From Promethearchaeota archaeon (lineage in GTDB: Archaea; Asgardarchaeota; Lokiarchaeia; Sigyniarchaeales; SOKP01), in contig JBHLNZ010000008.1 of the NCBI GenBank assembly GCA_048941015.1, positions 1 to 64,000 of the forward strand: a DNA stretch of 64,000 nt. The letters are read 5' to 3'. The notes under the pieces were generated by a model that ran no database searches, was not told where the DNA came from, and saw nothing but the letters and a program-made list of their open reading frames with translations. Positions within the stretch are counted from its first letter, which is position 1. The number at the start of each line of letters is the position of its first letter. Shown here one piece after another: positions 1 through 9,076 of the stretch. The translations under genes were made by a program, and so were the position numbers.

Positions 1-642
1 AGCAATCCCTTTAAAATTACTAAGATAGTTGAAGAAGAATCTATATATGAACCGGAATCTATTTATGAGCCAGAACCAGAACCTACTTATGAGCCAGAAC
101 CAGAACCTATTTATGAGCCAGAACCAGAACCTATTTATGAGCCAGAACCAGAACCTACTTATGAGCCAGAACCAGAACCTATTTATGAGCCAGAACCAGA
201 ACCTACTTATGAGCAAGAACCGGAACCTATTTATGAGCCAGAAGATTCACTTGAAAAGAGAATTGACGCATGGTTAATTCAACTTATAACTTATAGAAAA
301 ATTTATGAGCCAGAACCAGAACCCATTTATGAACCAGAACCAGAACTTACTTATGAGCAAGAACCGGAACCTATTTATGAGCCAGAAGATTCACTTGAAA
401 AGAGAATTAACGCATGGTTAATTCAACTTATAACTTATAGAAAAATCTATGAACCAGAACTAGAACCTACTTATGAAGCAGAATCGGAGCCTGCTCATGA
501 AACAGAGCAGGAAATTACTTATGAACCTGAACCAGAGCCTATGTTTGAACCTGAATCTGAATTAGTATCAAAATCAGAAGATATACTTGAAAAGAGAATT
601 ACTGCGTGGTTAATTCAACTTAAAACTTATAGGAAAGTCTAA
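1..642 (+). CDS. 5'-truncated acidic Glu/Pro/Tyr repeat protein with three copies of the motif LEKRIxAWLIQLxTYRK (not in ORF track)
   Basis: Frame +1 is open from base 1 ([20 protein letters not shown]...) to TAA at 640-642. It reads (I/T)YEPEPEP repeats interrupted by three near-identical helical motifs. Confidence 0.85.
   Translation, partial: SNPFKITKIVEEESIYEPESIYEPEPEPTYEPEPEPIYEPEPEPIYEPEPEPTYEPEPEPIYEPEPEPTYEQEPEPIYEPEDSLEKRIDAWLIQLITYRKIYEPEPEPIYEPEPELTYEQEPEPIYEPEDSLEKRINAWLIQLITYRKIYEPELEPTYEAESEPAHETEQEITYEPEPEPMFEPESELVSKSEDILEKRITAWLIQLKTYRKV
61..444 (+). repeat. Coding tandem repeat: 24-nt units (A[T/C]TTATGAGCCAGAACCAGAACCT) plus a 144-nt duplication (157-300 vs 301-444)
   Basis: Directly visible. 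Unit lengths are multiples of 3 and there are no unique spacers. Confidence 0.95.
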
Positions 643-790
643 CTTTGCCCACACTCAAACCACCCATACCAGCACTAATATTTGTTAGGGATAAGATTAA
701 ATTAAACCTGATAAATTTTATTATCAAAAATTCATGAATATTAATTTAATAAGTTAAGTCTATTTTATTTAAAATTTAGCACAGAACTGA

Positions 791-3040
791 TTATACAAGT
801 TTATATAGATTTATTTCCAAGTTTTTCAATTTTTCTTTATTATCATTAGACCTAGCCAACCAAGGTAATATTCCTTTTTCAATATTATAGAGATTAGCAT
901 CAATACCAATCCAATTTAGATTTAATTCAGAAGCAGTTTTTAATACAATTCCTAATTGGCAAAAACAATCCAAAATAAGGTCATTTTCAGTGGATGTTAG
1001 GTATAATAGTTTTTTGTATAATTTCTCTGGACGAAATGGTTTATTTATTGAAAAAGTAGGATGATCTTTTAATTTAATAAATAGACTTTGAATGGAACCG
1101 AATTGACCAGTATCAAGCCATAAAGAATTTGGTGTTGTTCCGCCATTCCCTGTTTTTCTAAATTCGTCCATTCTTTCTGAAAAAAAGATTTTAAGTCTTG
1201 GTATCCCTTTTCCTCTTTTTGGTTTAGTAAAATGAATACGATTCTCTTCTTCATATTTTTGAAGTGTATCTTTAGCATATCTAAATTTTCGAGTTAAAGA
1301 CAATCCATTTTTAAATACATAAGTATATATTTCATTTGAAGACTTTTCTGAAGCAATTAATGGTCTTGATTCCCATGGACCTCTTGGATCATTATCTGGA
1401 TTTTTATAAAGCTCATCAGATGGAGGAAATTTATTGAATTTCTTAAGATTTTCGTCTTTACTATATAAAAGAATATAATCAAAAGGATATTTGTAATATT
1501 TACTAAAATCTATTTTAATTGAAGAAAAGAGTTTGCTTTTTTCCAACTTTCTCCATATTATAGTTCCAATATAGTTTGATTTTCCGAATATTTCATCTAA
1601 AATAATCTTTAATTTTGGATAATTAGCCTCAATTGTGTGAACAATAATAAAACCAGTATCTTTAAGCATTTTTTTTACTTTATGGAATTGCAACTCACAA
1701 AAGGAGAGATATTGTTCAGATGTAAAACATGATAAATCTTGAAAACTAACAGGTGGAGCAAATATAACGGATTGAACTTTTTTAGATTTATCCATATCTT
1801 CAAAATATTCAGATAAAAAACTTAGTACATGAGAATAGTTCCCTTGAATTATTGTATTTTTGAGCAAATCAAAATTAGTCTTAGTTTTATTATCTTCACT
1901 TCTTTTTATTTTAACTAATTTACGTAATCCTGAGAAAGAAGATTCATTTTCTTTGAGCCATTTGATATTATTGATTTCATTATTTTTATTAATTTCAAAA
2001 ACAATGTCATTTTTTTTATTTGGCCAGTTTAATGTTAATTCTCCTTTAATTTCACCATAATCGTTTTCTTGTTTGGGGATTCTATTTTTATGATCACTTA
2101 TTAGTTGATAAACCTTACAACCACCTCCTCCTTTCCAATTAACTTTTCGAGTAATACCAATATCGATTTGAGGTTTTTCAGTGATTATTTGAGTAATTCT
2201 TTTTTCAGCCAAAGAAAAAGCAGTATTAATCGTTTCAATCCCTATGTAATTTCTTTTCATTTTATGGCTAACTGCTGCAGTTGTCCCCGAACCAAGGAAA
2301 CAATCTAAAACTAAATCATTTTCCTGTGTAGAAAGCCTTAAAAGATTATAAACTAACATTTCAGGTTTAGGTGTATCAAAAGCTGTTTTATTTCCAAAAT
2401 AGCTCTCTATTTCATTGGAGGCTTGTTGATTATAACCATATTTTGTAGGTTCAACCCATAGCATACTCTTGAGATGAGAATTATTGACTTTATTTTTATT
2501 TTTAGCATATATAAGAATATAATCGTGAATTGTGGATATCGTACTGGAGAGATTAGCTTGAGACTGTCTTCTTCTCCATATAATCGTACCAATTTTATTT
2601 TCTTCATTAAAAATTGAATTCATTAAGATTTCTAAATAGGCATGCTCATTATCATCAATCTGTAGAAAAATAATACCATCTTCTTGTAATAGTTCATGGA
2701 GCAATTTTAAACGTAAATGCATCATTCCTATCCATTCAATATCTTCAAAATGATCGTCATATGTACTGAAAACAAAACCAGTATTATATGGAGGATCGAT
2801 ATAAACACATTTCACCTTACCTCTAAAATCACTTACTAAAACTTTCAATGAAAGTAGACTATCTCCATGAATAAGGCGGTTATTAGTATCTTTTCTGCCT
2901 ATAGTTCTAATAAGTTCAAGTGAATAGTCTTTACGCAAAAGAGAGTCATTTCTATCTAGCCAAATAGGACTTTTAGGGATTCCATTTTGATTTAAATTAT
3001 AATATAATACTTTTTCTCTATTACTCCAATCTAATTCCAT
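791..3040 (-). CDS. Tandem two-module beta-class (Type III Mod-like) DNA methyltransferase; C-terminal module catalytically degenerate
   Basis: Module 1 has YIDPPYNTG, TPKPE and LDCFLGSGTT. Module 2 has FAPPV, KNPDNDPRGPW, FRPE and LDCFCQLG. Confidence 0.9.
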   Translation of the reverse strand: MELDWSNREKVLYYNLNQNGIPKSPIWLDRNDSLLRKDYSLELIRTIGRKDTNNRLIHGDSLLSLKVLVSDFRGKVKCVYIDPPYNTGFVFSTYDDHFEDIEWIGMMHLRLKLLHELLQEDGIIFLQIDDNEHAYLEILMNSIFNEENKIGTIIWRRRQSQANLSSTISTIHDYILIYAKNKNKVNNSHLKSMLWVEPTKYGYNQQASNEIESYFGNKTAFDTPKPEMLVYNLLRLSTQENDLVLDCFLGSGTTAAVSHKMKRNYIGIETINTAFSLAEKRITQIITEKPQIDIGITRKVNWKGGGGCKVYQLISDHKNRIPKQENDYGEIKGELTLNWPNKKNDIVFEINKNNEINNIKWLKENESSFSGLRKLVKIKRSEDNKTKTNFDLLKNTIIQGNYSHVLSFLSEYFEDMDKSKKVQSVIFAPPVSFQDLSCFTSEQYLSFCELQFHKVKKMLKDTGFIIVHTIEANYPKLKIILDEIFGKSNYIGTIIWRKLEKSKLFSSIKIDFSKYYKYPFDYILLYSKDENLKKFNKFPPSDELYKNPDNDPRGPWESRPLIASEKSSNEIYTYVFKNGLSLTRKFRYAKDTLQKYEEENRIHFTKPKRGKGIPRLKIFFSERMDEFRKTGNGGTTPNSLWLDTGQFGSIQSLFIKLKDHPTFSINKPFRPEKLYKKLLYLTSTENDLILDCFCQLGIVLKTASELNLNWIGIDANLYNIEKGILPWLARSNDNKEKLKNLEINLYKLV

Positions 3041-3348
3041 GGAATGGATACCATTTATCTTTTAATTTCGAGTCAATAAACTGATTAAATATGAAGTTAG
3101 TTTATTATCTTATTTAGTATAATTTGCTATCTAACATTTCTTTTTAATCCTATTAAAGTATATTGTATATTTTTTAACAATATAATAATATCTCTTTTGT
3201 TAATTACTCAGAAGATCTAATTTTCAGAAATTTCACGCGAAAAAATGATACATTCAAAAGAATTAAATAATCAAATTTTTATGTAGATTGTACCTAGGTG
3301 ATTTTTCGACAAAAAAATCTCTATTGACCTGTTTTAAAACGGATAACG

Positions 3349-3870
3349 ATGTATGATGCAATTTTCAAGATAGTTGTTTTTGGTGATGCGGGGTGTGGAA
3401 AAACTACTTTAACAAAGAGATACGTCACTGATTTATTTATTCCAGACTCCCATATGACCATCGGAGTCGATTTTGAAATAAAGGATATTAAGGTTAATGG
3501 ATATCATGTAAAATTATGTTTATGGGATTTTGGAGGAGAAGAAAGATTTCGATTTATCTTCCCAAAATACATTTCTGGAGCAATGGGAGGGATTTTAATG
3601 TATGATGTTACAAGTGATTCATCCTTGTCCCATGTTCATGAGTGGTTATCAGTTATAAATGGAACCCACAATAAGATTCCTATTATTTTAGTAGGTGGAA
3701 AGAAGGATTTAGATACTTTTCGCGAAGTATCTTATAAAGAGGGTTTTAAAATTGCAAAATCATTGGGTTTAGATTACTTTTTAGAATGTTCAAGTAAAAC
3801 AGGTGAGAATGTAGAAAAAATCTTCGAAAAATTGACAGAATTGATGGTTAATATGGCCATAATCTACTAG
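3349..3870 (+). CDS. Rab-like small GTPase (Asgard type)
   Basis: G1 GDAGCGKT, TIGVDF, G3 WDFGGEERF, G4 GGKKD, G5 ECSSK. Confidence 0.95.
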   Translation: MYDAIFKIVVFGDAGCGKTTLTKRYVTDLFIPDSHMTIGVDFEIKDIKVNGYHVKLCLWDFGGEERFRFIFPKYISGAMGGILMYDVTSDSSLSHVHEWLSVINGTHNKIPIILVGGKKDLDTFREVSYKEGFKIAKSLGLDYFLECSSKTGENVEKIFEKLTELMVNMAIIY

Positions 3871-3965
3871 ATTTTTGTAATATTTTTAAATTGATCTTTC
3901 TTAAAATTATTATTTAATGCTTCTTAAAAAATGTTTAATAAAGAAAGATTGAGAGTATAAGAAAC

Positions 3966-4877
3966 ATGAAACAAATATTAAGAGATGTTTACGTAGTTAA
4001 AGAGTATCAATTGGGTGATATGGATTGCTGCTTTTACTTGGTTAACACGAAAAGTGATGATGGACTAGTATTAATTGATGCAGGACTTTATTTTGATAAG
4101 ATCAAGGAAATTGAAAAACATGGATTTAAATTAAAAGATATAAAACATTGTCTCATTACTCACGGTCATATTGATCATTTTGGAGCTTGCCACGAACTCA
4201 AAAAAATCAATAAAAACATAAAATTCTATGCTCATGAGCTTGATGTTGATAAAATCGAGCAGAAACAAGAAGACAAATACATTCAACAATATTATGCAGA
4301 CTATAAGTATGAACCAGTTAAAGTAACTAATATAATAAAGCAAGATGGAGAAATTTTAAAATTTGGACAGTTAGAATTTAAGTGTATCCACATTCCTGGA
4401 CATACTCCCGGTTCATTGGTATATTTATTAGAAAAAGAGCAAAAAAGACTATTATTTGGAGGAGATCTCCCAGGACTTGCCATAAATTTACATGGAGGTA
4501 ATTTAGATGATTATGTTAAGTCAATACCGAAATTATATGATTTAAATATTGATATTCTTTGCGAAGGGCACGAGAATGTCATACAACCAGCAGAAAAAGT
4601 ATTAAAATTCATGAAAGGATACGTAAAATTTAATCAGTATCTCCATATAATTATTGAAGTGAATCCCTTAGATTCTAAAGCAGTACTTGAACTAACAAAA
4701 ATATCATGTGATTTAGAATTTTATGAAAATGCTCTAGATTTTTGTAATTATCTATTAGAAATTGATCCTAGTAATACAGAAGCTCATCAACTTTTAAAGG
4801 AGATTGAGACGCATAAACCAGCAAAGTATGAATTCCTAAAGGGACTGATTAAAGAAAGTTTCGGGAATGAAATTTGA
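3966..4877 (+). CDS. Metallo-beta-lactamase-fold hydrolase with C-terminal TPR-like helices
   Basis: THGHIDH, PGHTPGS, GGD and GHE motifs; C-terminal ALDFCNYLLEIDPSNTEA is TPR-like. Confidence 0.85.
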   Translation: MKQILRDVYVVKEYQLGDMDCCFYLVNTKSDDGLVLIDAGLYFDKIKEIEKHGFKLKDIKHCLITHGHIDHFGACHELKKINKNIKFYAHELDVDKIEQKQEDKYIQQYYADYKYEPVKVTNIIKQDGEILKFGQLEFKCIHIPGHTPGSLVYLLEKEQKRLLFGGDLPGLAINLHGGNLDDYVKSIPKLYDLNIDILCEGHENVIQPAEKVLKFMKGYVKFNQYLHIIIEVNPLDSKAVLELTKISCDLEFYENALDFCNYLLEIDPSNTEAHQLLKEIETHKPAKYEFLKGLIKESFGNEI

Positions 4878-4890
4878 ATTAAATCTTATT

Positions 4891-5076
4891 TTACAAGAAT
4901 TTGTCCATGAGGTATTTTTTCCTCTTAATACTCGCTATACTGAAATCTAAAGTGTCGATAATATGTTGTGCTTGATTGTTTGCTATTTTTCTCGCTTCTC
5001 CCTCATCTTTCGCAGTTATTTCAAATTTCCTGTAAGGAAATAGATGAAATTTTATTTTAACCTCATAATCAGGCAA
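4891..5076 (-). CDS. Small hypothetical protein
   Basis: 61-aa ORF filling an intergenic gap, plausible composition. Confidence 0.6.
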   Translation of the reverse strand: MPDYEVKIKFHLFPYRKFEITAKDEGEARKIANNQAQHIIDTLDFSIASIKRKKYLMDKFL

Positions 5077-5243
5077 ATTTAGTCCCTCTTAAATTTTTAT
5101 AGTTATAAAATTTAGTTTGCTTTAAGGTTTAATTGAGACATTTATACATTTAAATCTAATATGTTTTAATTAATAATGTGTTATTTAAAAAAATTGAATA
5201 TGTTTTATTTTTAGATTAAAATATAGAATTTAGGATGTAAAGC

Positions 5244-5471
5244 TTGAATAAATGGATTGATAAAATACATAAAAGAATAAGAAATATCTCATTAGTAATT
5301 GTAATAATTGGCTTTTTATTGATGATAATTTGGATGATAATCTATTTATATAAACCCAATAAAGAGCTCTATTTTGTTTTAATTATAGGAATAGTTTTAT
5401 TCCTTGCTGGAACGCTTGCTTTTACTCGAATTCAATTTGTACTTTGGCTTCAAAAAAGAATGAGTGGATAA
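5244..5471 (+). CDS. Small 2-TM membrane protein
   Basis: Two hydrophobic segments; co-oriented with the next gene. Confidence 0.7.
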   Translation: MNKWIDKIHKRIRNISLVIVIIGFLLMIIWMIIYLYKPNKELYFVLIIGIVLFLAGTLAFTRIQFVLWLQKRMSG

Positions 5472-5513
5472 TAAGATTTACAATTTAAATCTGATCCTAA
5501 TTTTATTACTTTT

Positions 5514-6263
5514 ATGAACATTATTCAAATTTTATTATTATCTATATTGGGGTTAATTATTATTCTATTTTTAATACTTGCACTTCCACGTAAAATAAAT
5601 GACAGGATGCCAAGTATAGAAGGTTTAGATGATCATAAGGTTGCTGAAGCATTTGAGAAGATGAACAGAACTCCTCCCTTCAAGATTTTAAGAAAAAAGG
5701 TAATTTCAGAACTAAAGAGATTAAATCCATCAGGAGTTATCTTAGATTTAGGATGCGGCACAGGAAATCTTATTATTAAAATAGCTAAAGCGTTTCCTGA
5801 AAATGAAATTATTGGAATTGATATTTCTAGTGAAGTACTTGATATTGCGAAACATAATGTAGAGAAAAAGGTTATTAATCAAGATATAAAATTTAAAGTT
5901 GGCAGTGCTGAAGATTTGCCTTTTCCTAGTGAGAGTATAAATTTAATTATTAGTTCTCTTTCACTCCATCATTGGTTAGATCCAATTAAGGCTTTAAATG
6001 AAATTTACCGTGTATTATCTAAAAATGGAGCATGTTTAATTTTTGATTTTCGCAGAAATTCAAGAAAGTTTTTTTATGGGCTTTTAAAATTTGCCACTTA
6101 TATTGTTGTACCTAAAGCATTAAAAGAGATTAAAGAACCATTAGGATCCCTTATAGCATCATACACAGCAAATGAAGTAATTCGAATAGTTGAGCAAAGC
6201 CCCTTTAAAACCGTTAAAATAACACCATATTTAGCATGGATGTTTTTAAATTTAAAGAAATGA
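5514..6263 (+). CDS. Class I SAM-dependent methyltransferase (UbiE-like) with N-terminal membrane anchor
   Basis: ILDLGCGTG, GIDIS, SLSLHHW; hydrophobic N-terminus. Confidence 0.9.
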   Translation: MNIIQILLLSILGLIIILFLILALPRKINDRMPSIEGLDDHKVAEAFEKMNRTPPFKILRKKVISELKRLNPSGVILDLGCGTGNLIIKIAKAFPENEIIGIDISSEVLDIAKHNVEKKVINQDIKFKVGSAEDLPFPSESINLIISSLSLHHWLDPIKALNEIYRVLSKNGACLIFDFRRNSRKFFYGLLKFATYIVVPKALKEIKEPLGSLIASYTANEVIRIVEQSPFKTVKITPYLAWMFLNLKK

Positions 6264-6284
6264 TTGAGCTATGATATATTATGA

Positions 6285-7511
6285 TTAGCTAAGAACTTCT
6301 GAAATATCTTGACCATTCTCGAATATCGCTTTTGCTTTTTCCATAAAATCAGGGATATCAATTTGCTGTGGACATTTTTCCAAGCATTCACCACATTTTA
6401 TGCATAAGCTTGCTGCTCCATCTACCTCCTGTCCTTGAGCTTTCTGTTTTTCAAGTTCGTCTTGGCTTTTCACCAATCTATTATAAAAAGAAGTTATACG
6501 TTCTCTTCTGGGTTCTCCCCAATATGCAATCTCATTTAATAGTAAGAAAATATAAGGAATTGTGACTCCATTTTGGCAGGGCATACAATATCCACAATTT
6601 GTGCAAGGAATAATGGTATATTCATTAAATGCTGAAGCTAAATCTGAAATTGTATCTAATTCATTGGGAGTTAAAAGATTTATCCCCGAATTGTTAGCAG
6701 ATTCTACGTTTTCTATTACTTGTTGCATACTACTCATCCCACTTAGTACAACTGATACTTCAGCTTGGTTCCAAAGGAATTGTAATGCCCAATCTGCCAT
6801 TGTTCTTTTAACTTCGGATTTTTCAAGTACTTTCTTGATTTCGGGCTTTTTATCTAAGGCCTTATCCGGAATCGCTAATTTTCCACCTCGAATAGGTTCC
6901 ATAATAATAACGGCTATATTTTTACTTGCTGCATATTTAAGACCCTTAGTACCGGCTTGATAATTAATATCAAGATAATTATGTTGAATTTGGCAACATT
7001 CCCATTGATAATAGTCGATTATATCTTTAAAAACATCAAAACTGTCATGGAAAGAAAAACCAAAATGTTTGATAATACCATTTACCTTGATTTCTTTCAT
7101 ATTAGTTATCAAATCGAATTTTTTTAGCTTTTCAAAGCGCGTTTTATTTAAACCATGAAAAAGGTAAATATCTGGAGTGGTTTGTAATCTTTCAATCTGC
7201 TGATTTAACAATAATTCAAAATCTCCTTTTTGTGTTAGTAACCACATTGGTAGTTTAGTAGTTAGATATACTTTCTCACGATAACCGTCCTTTAGAGCCT
7301 TACCGATAACTACTTCACTCATACCATCATGGTATGGGTAAGCGGTATCAATATAGTTCACACCATGATCAATCGCATAACGAATCATTTTGATCGATTC
7401 TTCTTCATTAACTTTATTTTCCTCTGTTGTTGGTAAACGCATAGCTCCAAATCCAAGAGCAGAAACCTTCCAATCCAGTGATCCCATTTTTCTATATTTC
7501 ATAAGCATCAA
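6285..7511 (-). CDS. Aldo/keto reductase with C-terminal 4Fe-4S dicluster
   Basis: LGFGAMRLP, YIDTAYPY, MEPIRGG; CTNCGYCMPC and CIKCGECLEKCP. Confidence 0.93.
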   Translation of the reverse strand: MMLMKYRKMGSLDWKVSALGFGAMRLPTTEENKVNEEESIKMIRYAIDHGVNYIDTAYPYHDGMSEVVIGKALKDGYREKVYLTTKLPMWLLTQKGDFELLLNQQIERLQTTPDIYLFHGLNKTRFEKLKKFDLITNMKEIKVNGIIKHFGFSFHDSFDVFKDIIDYYQWECCQIQHNYLDINYQAGTKGLKYAASKNIAVIIMEPIRGGKLAIPDKALDKKPEIKKVLEKSEVKRTMADWALQFLWNQAEVSVVLSGMSSMQQVIENVESANNSGINLLTPNELDTISDLASAFNEYTIIPCTNCGYCMPCQNGVTIPYIFLLLNEIAYWGEPRRERITSFYNRLVKSQDELEKQKAQGQEVDGAASLCIKCGECLEKCPQQIDIPDFMEKAKAIFENGQDISEVLS

Positions 7512-7630
7512 ACACTTGAGAAGATTATATTAATCCATTTAGTGACTTCTTTTTGATAAAATTTATTAATTTTTACTTGATAAAATTAAGGAGAAAAATA
7601 AAAGAAGAAAAAGTAAAATTTAATTATATT

Positions 7631-8968
7631 TTAGCTAATTCTATATTGAGTCTTTAAGAAATTAACAATAAATTTATTTACTTTACTACGATCAGGTAAG
7701 CTTGCAACCATTCCATACATTGCAGCTTCACCATCAGATAGCTTTTCAGGATGGTCACGAACTTTATTTACAGCATCATTGAGATCTTTTAGGAAATCAT
7801 CAACAACATCAGCGTGATGTGGATTAACCATCATATGTAAAGCAGAGGGAAATTGAATTCGATCCAAATGCCAACCTTTTTCATCTAAAACATCTCCGAT
7901 TTGAAAAATATTTAATTTATCAGATGTAAAAGAAAATACGCTCATTACAGGGTTTCCAATCACATACAATTCAGGGATTTGGTTAATCCCGTCAATTAAT
8001 TTTTCTGTAGCATCCATTACAATCTTTGCTAATTTCAAATATCCATTGATTCCTAATGTTCTCATTGCAACCCACGCTGCTGCTATCGCACCTCCAGGAC
8101 GCGTCCCCCTCATAGTAGTAGAAATATAAACCCCACCAGACCAGTCTGTATAGACTGAAAATTGATGTTGCCATACTTTTTCACTTCGATAAAGGATTGT
8201 AGAAGCTCCTTTAGCACCATAGCCATATTTATGAACATCTGCTGATATTGAAGTAACCCCTGGAACTGAAAAATCAAAATCAGGTACTTCATAACCTAAC
8301 ATTCTGACAAAAGGTAACATAAAACCTCCGAGACAAGAATCAACATGCATACCTAAACCATGTTTCTCAGCTATAGCTGCTAAAGACGAAATAGGATCAA
8401 CAACACCTCTGGGAAAATCACATGCTGAACCAACGATGAGAATTGTATTATTATTTACAGCTTTTTCCATAGCTTTCACATCTGCTCGATGAGTTTTTTC
8501 GTCTACTGGTATAATTATTGGTTTCACATCAAAATAATCTGCGCCTTTATAGAAAGCAGGATGTGCCGAGCTAGGTAATATCATTTCAGGATTTTTAATA
8601 TCAGGAAATTTTTCTCTTGCCCAGTCTCGATAAGTTTTAACCGCCATTACTATACTTTCGGTTCCTCCAGAGGTCATACTGCCACAGCATTTTTTATCGC
8701 CTCTAAATAAATCAATTGCCATTGAAACGACTTCGGTTTCGAATTTTCTTAAGCTTGGAAAAGCCAATGGGCTTAAAGCATTCTTGGAGAAAAACATATT
8801 ATAGCTCTTCTTAAGTAATTCAGTATGTTCGTTAGAAGCATGATAAACTAAACTCCAAACTCTACCTTCTTCCCACTGAATATCATCTTTAGCAATACTT
8901 TCCATTTCTTTTATGAGATCATCACTGGGAATACCATTTTCAGGTATAACTACTTTAGGTCTAACCAT
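7631..8968 (-). CDS. Sphingosine-1-phosphate lyase-like PLP-dependent enzyme (group II decarboxylase fold)
   Basis: TSGGTESI, SAHPAF, HVDSCLGGF, SADVHKYGY (PLP lysine), GTRPGG. Confidence 0.88.
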   Translation of the reverse strand: MVRPKVVIPENGIPSDDLIKEMESIAKDDIQWEEGRVWSLVYHASNEHTELLKKSYNMFFSKNALSPLAFPSLRKFETEVVSMAIDLFRGDKKCCGSMTSGGTESIVMAVKTYRDWAREKFPDIKNPEMILPSSAHPAFYKGADYFDVKPIIIPVDEKTHRADVKAMEKAVNNNTILIVGSACDFPRGVVDPISSLAAIAEKHGLGMHVDSCLGGFMLPFVRMLGYEVPDFDFSVPGVTSISADVHKYGYGAKGASTILYRSEKVWQHQFSVYTDWSGGVYISTTMRGTRPGGAIAAAWVAMRTLGINGYLKLAKIVMDATEKLIDGINQIPELYVIGNPVMSVFSFTSDKLNIFQIGDVLDEKGWHLDRIQFPSALHMMVNPHHADVVDDFLKDLNDAVNKVRDHPEKLSDGEAAMYGMVASLPDRSKVNKFIVNFLKTQYRIS

Positions 8969-9076
8969 TTTTATTCAAATACCTTTATTTTAATACTATA
9001 ATTTTTGATTTAAGCGTTAATAAAATTATATAGTTTTAGAAATAATACCATAAATTTGAAGATTTAGGATAAATTA

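Noticed and set aside
29-277. ORF-track 82-aa MSQNQNLF repeat peptide
   Set aside because: Shadow frame of the longer frame +1 ORF (1..642), which carries a motif conserved elsewhere in the window.
61-444. Possible CRISPR array
   Set aside because: The repeats are contiguous, in-frame and lack unique spacers; no cas genes are present.
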